Made by a program: the position numbers and the translations under genes. From an uncultured Planctomycetota bacterium (lineage in GTDB: Bacteria; Planctomycetota; Phycisphaerae; Tepidisphaerales; Tepidisphaeraceae): DNA of 64,000 nt. Each line of letters opens with the position of its first letter. The stretch's first letter is position 1. The notes beneath the pieces are model-generated. The model did not search any database. It saw only the letters and a program-made list of their open reading frames with translations, and was not told the origin of the DNA. Below are positions 38,701 through 48,230 of the stretch, piece after piece. Where the stretch lies: contig CAWJEN010000004.1 of assembly GCA_963841915.1 (NCBI GenBank), forward strand, positions 86,529 through 150,528, in the 5' to 3' direction.

Positions 38701-40313
38701 AGCCCGGTAAGCCCGAGTCGCTCAACGTGCTCGGCGAAGTGCTTACCGCACAAGGCCTCGACCCAGTGACGAACGCCGCACCGAAGTTCTTCGTCGACGG
38801 CACGTTCGGGCTGTACCTCAAGAGCCCTGCCTTCAACAGCGACCCGATCGACGACGGCATCTCCGCCGGTCGCGGCAGGGTCGTCTACTCCGAGGGTGTG
38901 CTCAACACCTGGGAGCCCGCCGCAAACGAGCGGGACAAGACGGGCGTCTACCGTATCGATGCGATCGATGACGCACTTGCCGTCAGCTTCGAGGAGTTCG
39001 AGCTGGCCAGCGATTACAATGACCTTGTGCTTGTGATGCGGAACGTCGAGCCGGTAGCGGACGTCAACCGCCGCCTGGCGATCCAGGAGAACGGTGTCGA
39101 CGAAGGGCTTGACCGGCTGATCTTCAGCGAGATCGACCCGGCCAATCGCGACAACACCAACGGCACCCAAGTCGTCCGAAACAGTCGCGACTTCGACCTC
39201 ATTAACGCCAGTGCTTCGCCGCTCGTCATCTCGTCGATCGACGAGCCGGCCGGGTTCAGCGCCAGTGTCGCCGACACGTCCTTGGCGGCAGGTGAATCGA
39301 CCACGCTCACGATCGACTTCGACGCCACGAGTGAAGGCACGCGCAACGGCGTCTACGAAGGCGACATCGACATTAACTTCGTCGACGGCCTGCGCACCTT
39401 CAGCGTCGCCGTCGGCGGGTACTACATGCCCTACAGCGAAGACGACGTCGCCAGCGGCAACCGTAAGTCGATCGAAGAGCCGTCGCTCAACGAGATGATG
39501 GAAGTCTTCGGCCTCACCACCGACGTCGGCACCGAGGCCCAGCGGCTCACCGGCACAGCCGACGCAATCGGCGACGAAGTGCTCAGCCAGTACTGGCGTG
39601 CCGCCCAGCAGGATTTGCCCGTCGAGGTCTACCAGTTGGCCGCGTTCCACAACACCAACTCGAGCGACCCGATCTACTGGTTCCCCGAAGGCGGCAGCAC
39701 GGACGAGGCGTCGGCGGCGAGCAATTCGACCGAAATCTTCCGCCACAACAACACCAGCAGCCAGTCGTTCCTGCCCGAAATCAACGGCGGCACGTCGCCG
39801 GCGGCTGGCAGCTTCTCGCCCGGTGCAGCCACTTTCGGCCTGCGTGTCGTCAACGAATACAGCGTCGACGACTTCAACGACAACAACTCGCCGGGTGTGC
39901 CGGACGATCAGCACCTGTTCCGTTTCTTCCCCGTGAAGAACGCAAACGGCGAAACGGTCGATGATGCGTGGATCGTCACGATGGACTTCACCGGGTTCAA
40001 CTTCGACTACAACGACAACGTCTACCTCGTCCGCAACATGCAGCCGGCCGGTCAGGCCGCACCGCCTATTGGGCTCAACGCCACGCAGCTAAACGACGGT
40101 CGCGGGCTCGTCTTCTTCGGCCAGCCGACCGGCACCAACGGCGTCGGCGTCTTCCGCAGCGATGACGCAGGCAACACCTTCACCCGCGTCGCCACCTTCA
40201 GCGAGCAGGGCTTCTACGACGTCGAAGACGCCGACGATGACACCGTCATCCGCGTCGCTGGCCTCGACGCCGACGGCAACGCCGGCACGTTCAGCGAAGT
40301 CCGGCTGGCTTAA
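35703..40313 (+). CDS. Large extracellular multidomain protein (planctomycete N-terminal motif, lectin-like, Ig/Big_5, sugar-dehydrogenase-like propeller)
   Basis: VETLETRRLLA; RPAVGEVRPGDDADNV Ig start; GPDGRLY, DHLTNQPVFGPDG, GVRNAY, GGYYGHPNP propeller motifs; acidic composition. Confidence 0.8.
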   Translation: MPKLATRRLARAAVETLETRRLLAFSGQSFDLPLRYDFTTQANGVEDAAGLNVGFPIVQGNDNNDELDSTLIDLDTAAGLLRVTSSGNATNGSNFGDDNSLVNGLQLPFDATSDWLVHTRVALAGDTLDGISEGFEQFGLMIGPSQDNYVKLVFAHDGSDNIVQFLVETTNTTSTATRFPLGEGGATSDVAAVTGVNLGSAEYIDLWLAGDASTGVISAQYRVEGGVSTRFTETYTAVEGLFRSQSRAGLIVAHKNDGDAITAEFDDFEVTREALPNTRPAVGEVRPGDDADNVFRDEFVAVDLVLPNASVSGDTLTPANVFLTRDSDGLRVPSEINTTGGGDAIVLTPDRALDADTDYTFTITGGVTDLFGVAFEPFESSFTTNFELSGQGGSLGGVAFEQIDLPAADGTIWSSVTIGPDGRLYATAIDGEIKRFDINADGTLATGESITSLTDAEGADRVVTGLVFAPDATASNLVAYVTHTQFNDVTTSNPSELGDDFTGKLSRLSGPSLGTVTDLVDGLPRSIRDHLTNQPVFGPDGRIYIGQGANNAMGAPDAAWGFREEQLLSGNVLAVDIDAIEAGGTAINVRTGSAGSYDPLADDAPVTIYGEGVRNAYNVLFHSNGSLYAPTNGSAAGGNTPAAPDGSAVGLNNVSQTQNDYLFRIEDGGYYGHPNPTLGNYVLGGGNPTSGADVAQVDAYPIGTLPEDNYGGFAYDFGKNQSPNGAIEFNADVFDNALNGKLIVTRFSGGDDLIVLDVNDNGTVTGGTTGIPGFDQLSDPLDLVQTAGGSLYVSEYGSQTITLLKPVATGGSAKEASKQIFIDAAAGEGELRPLVIRNTGTEPLIVNPYTLGITGADKDLFEYVNAPTTAVTVQPGGAASFDVRFNAPADANVGDTFTAVAFVRTSDENAPEVGATVTGFVRRGIDGANEPSLQDIFDLYDLGITTGDPDPDTTEIEQDELGGIDAQLFRPADPSKPIAIEVIGSYSPERTPALSFGTYEPGKPESLNVLGEVLTAQGLDPVTNAAPKFFVDGTFGLYLKSPAFNSDPIDDGISAGRGRVVYSEGVLNTWEPAANERDKTGVYRIDAIDDALAVSFEEFELASDYNDLVLVMRNVEPVADVNRRLAIQENGVDEGLDRLIFSEIDPANRDNTNGTQVVRNSRDFDLINASASPLVISSIDEPAGFSASVADTSLAAGESTTLTIDFDATSEGTRNGVYEGDIDINFVDGLRTFSVAVGGYYMPYSEDDVASGNRKSIEEPSLNEMMEVFGLTTDVGTEAQRLTGTADAIGDEVLSQYWRAAQQDLPVEVYQLAAFHNTNSSDPIYWFPEGGSTDEASAASNSTEIFRHNNTSSQSFLPEINGGTSPAAGSFSPGAATFGLRVVNEYSVDDFNDNNSPGVPDDQHLFRFFPVKNANGETVDDAWIVTMDFTGFNFDYNDNVYLVRNMQPAGQAAPPIGLNATQLNDGRGLVFFGQPTGTNGVGVFRSDDAGNTFTRVATFSEQGFYDVEDADDDTVIRVAGLDADGNAGTFSEVRLA

Positions 40314-40319
40314 GGCTCG

Positions 40320-40355
40320 GCCGGAGATCGCGAAGGCGCCTTTGCGAGCTCCGGT
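40320..40355 (+). terminator. Hairpin downstream of the large gene
   Basis: CCGGAG-ATCGCGAAGG/CCTTTGCGA-GCTCCGG imperfect inverted repeat; weak U-tract. Confidence 0.45.
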
Positions 40356-40373
40356 TCCGCCGTACGCTGCGGC

Positions 40374-42242
40374 ATGCGTTGGAGTCAGACCCTCATCCCG
40401 ACCCAGAAACAAGACCCCGCCGACGCGACGATCGCGAGCCACAAGCTCCTCGTCCGCGGCGGCTTCGTGCGCCAGCTCCAGGCCGGTTCCTATACGTTCC
40501 TGCCGCTGGGCTGGCGGGTCATGCGGAAGATCATGGACATCATCCGTGACGAGATGGAAAAGGCCAGGGCGACCGAGGTTCAGATGCCGGCCCTGCAGCC
40601 GATCGAGCTGTGGGACGAGAGCGGCCGAAACGAGAAGTTCGGCGACGACATGCTGCGGGCCGAGGATCGCCGCGGCAACGTCAACGCGCTGGCCCCGACG
40701 CACGAGGAGGCGGTGACGGAGATGGCGCGGGCTTATGTGAAGAGCTACAAGCAGCTGCCGTTGAACGTGTGGCAGATGCAGACGAAGTTCCGCGACGAGC
40801 CGCGGCCGCGAAGCGGTCTGCTGCGGGTGCGCGAGTTCATCATGAAGGACGCCTACAGCCTCGATAAGGACCAGGCGGGCCTCGACCGGTCGTTCGATCT
40901 GATGTTCGCCGCGTACAAGAACATCTACCGCCGCTGCGGCGTTCCGGCGATTGCGGTGGACGCCGACAGCGGCGCGATCGGCGGCAGCGAGAGCATCGAG
41001 TTCACGGTGCCGTGCGCGGCCGGCGAGGACATCGTCGTCAGCAGCGACAAGGGTAACTACGCCGCGAACGTCGAGAAGGCGGCGATCGGCGAGCGGCCGT
41101 GGAGCTTCGAGGGCGAGCCGACGGGCGAGCTCGAGGACGTGTCGACGCCGAACGCGAAGAGCATCGACGACGCCAGCAAGGCGATGAAGGTCAAGCCGCA
41201 GCACTTGCTCAAGTGCCTGCTGTTCAGCGTCGCCGGCGAGACGCTGAAGGCGACTTATGTTCTCGCGGTTGTTCGCGGCGATCACATGCTGAATGAGGCC
41301 AAGCTGCGAGCGATGCTCGAGAGCGAAAGCCGCGGCTCCGTCGCTCTGGAGCCGGCGAGTGAGCAGCAGGCGACGCGCGATGGTTGGAAGCTTGGGTTCA
41401 TCGGCCCGCACGCTGTCGTCAACCGCGATGACACAAAACTCGTTGTCGATCCCGACGCGGCGCAAGGTGTTAAATTCTGGGCACCAGGCGGAAACGCGAT
41501 CGACACGCACCAAAAGCATTTCAATTGGGAACGCGACCTGCTTCGGCCGATGTCGACAACTCTGAACGCGGGAACGAATGATGCAATCGTCGTCTGTCGC
41601 CACCCGCGGAGCGACATCGAAGAGCAGATGCGACATCTGCCGCCCGAGGATCACGTGTATCCGGTGACCGTCGCCGACATCCGCGACGCCGTCGACGGCG
41701 ACCCGTCGCCGCTGGGCGACGGCGGCGTCCTCAAGGAATCCCGCGGCGTCGAGGTCGGGCACGTCTTCAAGCTCGGCACCGTCTACTCCGAGAAGATGGG
41801 CTCGACCTTCCTCGACGAGGACAACAAGGAACAGCCCGTCATCATGGGCTGCTACGGCATCGGCGTCGGGCGGATCATGCTGTCGGCCGTCGAGACCAGC
41901 CACGACGAACGCGGCATTCAGTGGCCGGTCAACATCGCGCCGTTCGAGGTCGTCGTCACGCCGATCAAGTACGACGGCGTCGCGAAGGACAAGGCCGACG
42001 AGCTCTACGCCGAGCTGAAGGCGAAGGGCGTCGATGTCCTGCTCGACGACCGGGACGACCGGCCCGGCAGCAAGTTCGCCGATGCCGACCTCATCGGCAT
42101 ACCGCTCCGCCTCGTCGTCGGCGACCGTGGGCTGGAGAAGGGCGTCATCGAGCTCAAAGACCGCCACACCGGCGAGACGATCGATGTCGCGACGGCAGAG
42201 GCAGTCGATGTCGTCGTCAGCCGATTGGCCGCGTTGCGATGA
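40374..42242 (+). CDS. proS: Proline--tRNA ligase (bacterial type with INS editing domain)
   Basis: [54 protein letters not shown]. Confidence 0.97.
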   Translation: MRWSQTLIPTQKQDPADATIASHKLLVRGGFVRQLQAGSYTFLPLGWRVMRKIMDIIRDEMEKARATEVQMPALQPIELWDESGRNEKFGDDMLRAEDRRGNVNALAPTHEEAVTEMARAYVKSYKQLPLNVWQMQTKFRDEPRPRSGLLRVREFIMKDAYSLDKDQAGLDRSFDLMFAAYKNIYRRCGVPAIAVDADSGAIGGSESIEFTVPCAAGEDIVVSSDKGNYAANVEKAAIGERPWSFEGEPTGELEDVSTPNAKSIDDASKAMKVKPQHLLKCLLFSVAGETLKATYVLAVVRGDHMLNEAKLRAMLESESRGSVALEPASEQQATRDGWKLGFIGPHAVVNRDDTKLVVDPDAAQGVKFWAPGGNAIDTHQKHFNWERDLLRPMSTTLNAGTNDAIVVCRHPRSDIEEQMRHLPPEDHVYPVTVADIRDAVDGDPSPLGDGGVLKESRGVEVGHVFKLGTVYSEKMGSTFLDEDNKEQPVIMGCYGIGVGRIMLSAVETSHDERGIQWPVNIAPFEVVVTPIKYDGVAKDKADELYAELKAKGVDVLLDDRDDRPGSKFADADLIGIPLRLVVGDRGLEKGVIELKDRHTGETIDVATAEAVDVVVSRLAALR

Positions 42243-42287
42243 GCGTCGACCATTGCGGCAAAGTGGGCAACCCTTTACCGTGTCGAC

Positions 42288-43148
42288 GTGAGCCAACCGT
42301 CCCGCATGTTGTCGCGTCGCAGCCGTGTGCTTCTGCCCCTGGCGGCGGCGGCGTTGCTGTCGATCGTCGCCGTCGGTCCGTTGACTGCCCAGCAGCAGCC
42401 ACGGAACAATCCGCGTGACGGGCTGCTCGATGAGGAGCAGATCAATGCCATCAAGCAGGTCGAGCTTCAGCCGGCTGATGCCCGCGGCAGGCAGCCGCGG
42501 ATTCGGTTCGACAATCGTGTCGTGCAGCGTTACGTCGAAGCCAACGGCCTCGACTTCCGCGAGTTCAACAACCAGCCCGACCTGGCCAAGGCGCTGACGA
42601 TCATCGAGGCGGGTGACGAAGACATGGTGAAGGACGTGCGGATCATCACCGATCCCGCGGCGATTGCTGTCTTTAAGGACGCAATTCATCCGGCCGTCCT
42701 GCAGGGCTGTGCCACCAGTGCGTGCCACGGCAGCAATGACGAAGCACGCAACGCGGGCCTTCGCCTCTACAACGACGGTCGCGGCGACGACGTCGTCTAC
42801 ACGAATTTCTTCAACCTCAGCAGCTACAAGGTCAAGGTCGCCAATCCGACCGGCAACGCGTTCGGCGGCCCCGAGACCGTCGGCCGTAAGCTCATCGACC
42901 GCGCCACGCCGCAGACGTCGCTGCTGCTGGAGTACATGATCCCCGCGACCGCCGCGACGACGCCGCACCCGAAGGTCGACGATGAAGACCTGCGTCCCCG
43001 CTTCACCGATCCGACGGATCAGGGGTACGTGCAGCTCCGCAACTGGCTCATCAACATCCTCGAACGCAACACCGGCGGCTACGGCGAAGAGGAGAACGGC
43101 AACGCGACCCAGCCGGCCGAAGACGGTGCAGACGCACCCGGTAACTGA
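42288..43148 (+). CDS. Secreted hypothetical protein with a CxxxxCH motif
   Basis: Signal peptide; GCATSACHG; SLLLEY...HP pattern. Confidence 0.7.
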   Translation: MSQPSRMLSRRSRVLLPLAAAALLSIVAVGPLTAQQQPRNNPRDGLLDEEQINAIKQVELQPADARGRQPRIRFDNRVVQRYVEANGLDFREFNNQPDLAKALTIIEAGDEDMVKDVRIITDPAAIAVFKDAIHPAVLQGCATSACHGSNDEARNAGLRLYNDGRGDDVVYTNFFNLSSYKVKVANPTGNAFGGPETVGRKLIDRATPQTSLLLEYMIPATAATTPHPKVDDEDLRPRFTDPTDQGYVQLRNWLINILERNTGGYGEEENGNATQPAEDGADAPGN

Positions 43149-43202
43149 CGCGACGGCACCGGCGGACGCGAATGGCCGAGCCGCCTGCTACGCTGCTACG
43201 TC

Positions 43203-43538
43203 ATGGCCGCCACCGACACGCTGCTGAAAGTCCGCATCTGGACGAAGTCGATCCTGATCGCCCTCGTCGGGCTGTATCTGCTGTTGTTTATCCTCATGAA
43301 CTACAGCGAGCGGATCAACCTGTGGCTCTTCTTCGGGCAAACGATCGACAACATCAGTGCGATCCTCGGCCTGATCTGCGCGGCCATCCTGGGGTCGCTG
43401 TTGACGCTGCTCGTTCGGATGTTGCTCCGCACGTTCAGCCAGATCCGTCAATCCCGCGAGAATGGAAGGACCGATCGGCTCGAACGAGAGATCAGCGAGA
43501 TGAAGATGAAGTCGGCCGGCCTCGGGAAGCGCGGCTGA
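43203..43538 (+). CDS. LapA / DUF1049 family membrane protein
   Basis: FILMN between two TM helices, followed by a coiled-coil tail. Confidence 0.7.
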   Translation: MAATDTLLKVRIWTKSILIALVGLYLLLFILMNYSERINLWLFFGQTIDNISAILGLICAAILGSLLTLLVRMLLRTFSQIRQSRENGRTDRLEREISEMKMKSAGLGKRG

Positions 43539-43669
43539 GCAGCCTCGGATGATGGGCCGATAAAAAAAGTCGTATCGGCTTCTTGATCCACGGCAAAGGT
43601 TCGGTACCTTGCTGTCCACAGTTTCCAGGCCGCGGAGCGGCCTTCCCATTCCCGTCGAAGGATCGACCC

Positions 43670-44350
43670 ATGCGTAGCACCACCATTCAGACTGTTGTCG
43701 GCCTTGCGCTGACGGGCCTCCTCGCCGGCGGCTGCCAGAGCGCGATGTACGACGAGAACGTCGCACTCCATAATCAGGCCCGCGAACTTCAAGACGACAA
43801 GAACTCGCTCCAGGGCGAGCTGGCCAACCGTCCCAGTGAGGCAGAACTCGCCTCGCTCGAGATGGAGAATCGCGCAAAAGCCCAGCGGATCGCCGACCTC
43901 GAGCAGCAGCTCGCCGACCGTCTGGCCGCGCCAGACGCCGGCGGCTTCGTCATTCCAGGTATTGACGGCGTTGGCGTGACGCTGAACAACGATGCCACCG
44001 AGATGACGATGCGCGTCCCCGGTGACTTGCTCTTTGCCAGCGGATCGGCCGAAGTCAACAAGAGCGCCAGCGCCACGCTCGGCCGCATCGCCGACATCAT
44101 CCGCAGCGATTACGCCGGCCAAACGATTCGCGTCGAAGGTCATACGGATAACGACCCGATCAAGCGCAGCAAGAGCAAGTACGACTCCAACCGCGACCTC
44201 TCGCTCAAGCGGGCCTACGCCGTCACGAAGGACCTCGAAGGCAGCGGCGTCCCCGCACACACCATTGAAACCGTCGGTCACGGCGAGCACCAGTCGCTGG
44301 GCCGCGGCAAGAAGGAAGATCGCCGCGTCGAGATCATCGTCGTCCTCTGA
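43670..44350 (+). CDS. OmpA/MotB-family lipoprotein
   Basis: AGGC lipobox, coiled coil, LFASGS, EGHTD, LS.KRA, RRVEI. Confidence 0.9.
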   Translation: MRSTTIQTVVGLALTGLLAGGCQSAMYDENVALHNQARELQDDKNSLQGELANRPSEAELASLEMENRAKAQRIADLEQQLADRLAAPDAGGFVIPGIDGVGVTLNNDATEMTMRVPGDLLFASGSAEVNKSASATLGRIADIIRSDYAGQTIRVEGHTDNDPIKRSKSKYDSNRDLSLKRAYAVTKDLEGSGVPAHTIETVGHGEHQSLGRGKKEDRRVEIIVVL

Positions 44351-44377
44351 GCTGACACCCATCGCATCTCAGCTCTG

Positions 44378-44407
44378 AGCCGTGTCGCCCGTGCGACGCG
44401 GCTTTTT
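44378..44407 (+). terminator. Intrinsic terminator
   Basis: GCCGTGTCGC-ccgt-GCGACGCGGC followed by TTTTT. Confidence 0.75.
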
Positions 44408-44435
44408 CGCGTCCCTACCTTGTCGTTCCGTGACG

Positions 44436-45056
44436 ATGCCCATCGCCATTCTCGACTATGGCCTGGCCAACTTGCGGAGCGTCGAAAAAGCCTTTGCCAA
44501 GCTGGGCCACGGTGCTGCCATCGTGCGTCACCCTGATGCCGCCCGCTTGGCCGATCATGTCGTGCTGCCGGGCGTCGGGGCGATCGGCGACGCGCTGGCG
44601 AACCTGCGTGCCAGCGGCATGGACGGCGTCGTGCTAGACCACATCACCCGCGGCCGCCCGTTGATGGGCATTTGTCTTGGCCTGCAAATGCTCTTCGACG
44701 TCAGCCACGAAGGCGGCCGCCACAAAGGCCTCGGCATCCTCCGCGGCGAGGTGCGACGGTTCGACGTCGACCAGACGTACGGCCTCAAGGTGCCGCACAT
44801 GGGCTGGAACACGCTCACGACCCGGCAGCCGTCGCCGCTGACCGACGGTCTAGCCGATGACGCGGCCGTCTACTTCGTCCACGGCTATCACGCCGTCGCC
44901 ACCGACTTGTCCGTCGTCGCTACGACCACCAGTTACGGCGGCGACTTCGTCAGCAGCGTCGCTCACGAGAACATCGTCGCCACGCAATTCCACCCCGAAA
45001 AGTCACAAGCCGTCGGCCTGCACATGCTCGACAAATTCGCGGCCTGGCGACCGTGA
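44436..45056 (+). CDS. hisH: Imidazole glycerol phosphate synthase subunit HisH
   Basis: LPGVG, GICLGLQ, VPHMGWN, YFVH, QFHPEKS. Confidence 0.96.
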   Translation: MPIAILDYGLANLRSVEKAFAKLGHGAAIVRHPDAARLADHVVLPGVGAIGDALANLRASGMDGVVLDHITRGRPLMGICLGLQMLFDVSHEGGRHKGLGILRGEVRRFDVDQTYGLKVPHMGWNTLTTRQPSPLTDGLADDAAVYFVHGYHAVATDLSVVATTTSYGGDFVSSVAHENIVATQFHPEKSQAVGLHMLDKFAAWRP

Positions 45057-45116
45057 GTCGAAAGCCGCATTGCAACGCAATGCGGGTTGAATCGGAACAG
45101 CCGTTAAGCTCGTTAC

Positions 45117-46448
45117 ATGCGTTGCATGCTCATCGTCTTGACGCTGTTCGCTCTCGGCTGCGGCTCGAAGCCAGAGTCGGTCCGCTTCGCGACGTTCAAC
45201 AGCGCGTTGTCCCGCGACGCGCCGGGCGAGTTGCTGGAGGCGCTGTCGACGCCGAATGACGAGCAGGCCAAGGCGGTCTCGGCTGTCATTCAGGCGGCGC
45301 GGCCGGACGTGCTGTTGCTCCAGGAGTTCGACCACGGCGGCGACTACGACCCGGACGGCAAAGCGCTGCAGCACTTCCAGCAGAACTACCTCGGCGTCTC
45401 CCAGAGCGAGGGCCTCGAGCCGATCGCGTACGAGCACGTCTACCTCGCCCCGAGCAACACCGGCCTGCCGACCGGCGTCGACCTCAACGGCGACGGCCTG
45501 GTCGCGCCCTGCGAGGGGACCGAGGTCGGCACGAGCGCCTACGCCGCCGACTGCCACGGCTGGGGCCTGTTCCCCGGGCAGTACGCGTTCGCCGTGCTGT
45601 CGAAGTACCCGATCGACGAGGACGGCATCCGCACGTTCCAGGAGTTCCTCTGGAAGGACCTGCCGGGCAACCACCTTCCGCCGGGCTACTACAGCGACGA
45701 GGCGCTGGCCGTCCTGCGGCTGAGCAGCAAGAACCACGTCGACGTGCCGATCGACGTCGGCGGCGAGACGCCGATCCACGTGCTGGCGGCCCACCCGACG
45801 CCGCCGGTCTTCGACGGGCCGGAGAATCGAAACGGCCTGCGAAATGAGGACGAAACGTCGCTTCTGCCGCTCTACGTTGAAGCGGGTCGGCCAACGCCCT
45901 TCGACGCCTTGTCAGTAGGGGAGGATCCGTCCCCCGACAGCCGCGGTGCGGAAGATGATCGCCGGCGGCAGCGCCTCCCCTTCGTGATCTGCGGGGACAT
46001 GAACGCCGATCCACGCGATGGCGATGACCTTGCAAACAACCCGGAGACAGACAACGTAGTGAGGCCGAGTCGTAGTGGCTGGGACACTTACCTCGACCTC
46101 AGCGATGGCACCTTCCCGACGTTCGGCGTGCCCTCGACCGAGCCTGAGACGCGGACGACCGGCTTCATGCCGGTCTCGACTGGCGCTCAGGCCGCCACCG
46201 AGCGGGATAGTGGCGTTAATGCCGACCACTACGGCGATCCCGCGGCCGACACCGCTGATTGGGACGACTCGCCGGGCGGGCCGGGCAACCTGCGGGTCGA
46301 CTATGTCCTGCCGTCCAGCGACCTCGACGTCCTCGGCGGCGGCGTCTTCTGGCCGACGGCGGACGAGCCGCTGAGGGGCGTCGACCTCGCCACCGTCGAG
46401 CGGGCGAGCGATCATCGCCTCGTCTGGGTCGACGTCCGGCAGCGCTAA
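45117..46448 (+). CDS. Endonuclease/exonuclease/phosphatase (EEP) family lipoprotein
   Basis: ATFN, LLQE, SNTG, RLSSK.H, HPTPPVFDG, GDMNAD, LRVDYVLPS, SDH. Confidence 0.9.
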   Translation: MRCMLIVLTLFALGCGSKPESVRFATFNSALSRDAPGELLEALSTPNDEQAKAVSAVIQAARPDVLLLQEFDHGGDYDPDGKALQHFQQNYLGVSQSEGLEPIAYEHVYLAPSNTGLPTGVDLNGDGLVAPCEGTEVGTSAYAADCHGWGLFPGQYAFAVLSKYPIDEDGIRTFQEFLWKDLPGNHLPPGYYSDEALAVLRLSSKNHVDVPIDVGGETPIHVLAAHPTPPVFDGPENRNGLRNEDETSLLPLYVEAGRPTPFDALSVGEDPSPDSRGAEDDRRRQRLPFVICGDMNADPRDGDDLANNPETDNVVRPSRSGWDTYLDLSDGTFPTFGVPSTEPETRTTGFMPVSTGAQAATERDSGVNADHYGDPAADTADWDDSPGGPGNLRVDYVLPSSDLDVLGGGVFWPTADEPLRGVDLATVERASDHRLVWVDVRQR

Positions 46449-46458
46449 ACTCCACCCG

Positions 46459-47394
46459 GTGCACCTCCTTCAAGGCCTCGAATCCCTCCGCGAACTGCCC
46501 GCGGGCAACGCACTGTCCGTCGGCAACTTCGACGGCGTTCACCTGGGCCATCGCAAGATCATCGACACGCTGTGTGCAGCCAGCTGCCACGGTTGCGTCG
46601 TCGTGACCTTCGAGCCGCACCCACTGGGCGTGCTGCGGCCGAGTCTTGTTCCGCCACGGATCACGTCGATCGAGCGGAAGCGAGAGTTGCTCGCAGCGGC
46701 GGGGGTTACGCACCTTGTCGAACTGCCGGCCGATGATGGCGTGCTGGGCATGTCGGCCGTCGACTTCTGGCAAACCATCCGCGATGACGCGCGGCCTGCC
46801 GTCTGGGCAGAAGGGCGCGACTTCCGCTTCGGCAAAGGCGCCACCGGCAACGTCGATCAGCTCCGCGCCTGGGCCGAGGGAAGCGGGGTGCGGGTGCAGG
46901 TCGTCGAGCCGGCCGACGTGGTGCTGCCGGGCCTTCAGGTCGCCCACGCCAGTAGTTCGCTGGCCCGCTGGCTGCTCGCGCACGGGCGGGTTTTGGAAGC
47001 GACGGCAGTACTGGGGCGGCCGCACGAACTCGTCGGCGAGGTGGTCCACGGACAAAAGCGTGGCCGCGAGATCGGCTTCCCGACGGCCAATGTCGCAGTC
47101 GCAGACCATCTTGTGCCCGCCGACGCCATCTATGCCGCGACGGCGGTGCTCGAGGACGGCACGGAGCACGCCGCGGCCCTCAGCATCGGCACCAACCCGA
47201 CGTTCGCCGGCGAGGCCCGCACGGTCGAGGCGTTTCTGATCGACTTTGCGGGCGACCTTTACGGTCGCCGGGTGACGCTTCGGGTCGAGCGATGGCTGCG
47301 TGGCCAAGTGAAGTACGCGGGCGTCGACGCGCTGGTCGAGCAGCTTCATACAGATGTCGGTGACACCCGTCGGCTGCTGACGCGGGCGGCCTGA
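46459..47394 (+). CDS. ribF: Bifunctional riboflavin kinase / FAD synthetase
   Basis: GNFDGVHLGH, TFEPHP, DFRFG, GREIGFPTAN, GTNPT, VEAFLIDF.GDLYG. Confidence 0.95.
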   Translation: MHLLQGLESLRELPAGNALSVGNFDGVHLGHRKIIDTLCAASCHGCVVVTFEPHPLGVLRPSLVPPRITSIERKRELLAAAGVTHLVELPADDGVLGMSAVDFWQTIRDDARPAVWAEGRDFRFGKGATGNVDQLRAWAEGSGVRVQVVEPADVVLPGLQVAHASSSLARWLLAHGRVLEATAVLGRPHELVGEVVHGQKRGREIGFPTANVAVADHLVPADAIYAATAVLEDGTEHAAALSIGTNPTFAGEARTVEAFLIDFAGDLYGRRVTLRVERWLRGQVKYAGVDALVEQLHTDVGDTRRLLTRAA

Positions 47395-47563
47395 TCGACT
47401 CACAGGAGAGTGCCGGCCGATTCTTCTGCGCGGAGCGTGCCGGTTGCGATGCTGGCAAACGTTCGGCAATTTTGTTTGGCGGCGGTGACCTGCTGGACTA
47501 GGCCCGGCGAAGTGTTGTAAATTAATGCCGACACTCGCTCGCTTATCCAACGGAGAAATTGCT

Positions 47564-48199
47564 ATGACCCGCCACACCGTCCTCGTCGCCACCCTTGCCG
47601 TCGGCAGCCTGCTTGCCGCTGACTCGGCCAGGGCCGATCTCGTCATTCTCGACTTTGATCCTGACATCAACGTCGGCCAGGGCTTCTTCCAGAACATCGC
47701 GCTCATCGGCACCCCCGGTACGCCGGGCAGCCAGGACTTTGCTGTCAACAACTTCTTTGCGACCGGTGGCGGCACGTATCAGCAGCTGTTCATGCCGTTC
47801 CTCGGCAGCACGGCCATCACGACGGGCGACTTCGTGGGCGGCTTCCCGGTCGCTGCGATGTTTGAAGACGGCGACGTCATTGGTGCCGACACCATCGCGA
47901 CGGGGCCGACCTCGTTCAACCCGATCTTTGCCCACCAGGGGCTGCAAGGCGGCGAGTGGTATGACGCGACGGAGTCGGTGACCGGCATCGCCGGCTTCCA
48001 GTTCGTCAACAACAGTGACACGCACTACGGCTGGGTCGAGGTCACGGTCTCGCCTGTCAACGGCGGCACGATCTCGATCGACCGCGCGGCGTACGAGTCG
48101 CGGCCGTTTGAGCCGGTCACGGTCGTCGTGCCCGAGCCGACGACGGCTGCGTTCTTCGGCCTCGCCAGCGCTGGCCTGCTGGCCCGTCGCCGCCGGTAG
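47564..48199 (+). CDS. PEP-CTERM protein
   Basis: Signal peptide; THYGWV motif; VPEPTTAAFFGLASAGLLARRRR; GGAG SD. Confidence 0.9.
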   Translation: MTRHTVLVATLAVGSLLAADSARADLVILDFDPDINVGQGFFQNIALIGTPGTPGSQDFAVNNFFATGGGTYQQLFMPFLGSTAITTGDFVGGFPVAAMFEDGDVIGADTIATGPTSFNPIFAHQGLQGGEWYDATESVTGIAGFQFVNNSDTHYGWVEVTVSPVNGGTISIDRAAYESRPFEPVTVVVPEPTTAAFFGLASAGLLARRRR

Positions 48200-48230
48200 C
48201 ACTAGCACAAGATCGGCTGCGCAAGCACCC

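Noticed and set aside
41540..41660. Intein or intron in proS
   Set aside because: The insert is far too short, lacks the Cys/Ser start and His-Asn end, and the frame is intact.
37641..42968. Very long minus-strand ORFs (757 aa at 37641-39914 and 959 aa at 40089-42968)
   Set aside because: They are antisense shadows of high-GC3 genes, with no recognisable motifs and full overlap with clear plus-strand genes.
45064..45086. Palindrome CCGCATTGC-AAC-GCAATGCGG (and the hairpin at 931-960) as REP family members
   Set aside because: Each is a single copy with no similarity to the fumC element. They are more simply terminators or binding sites.
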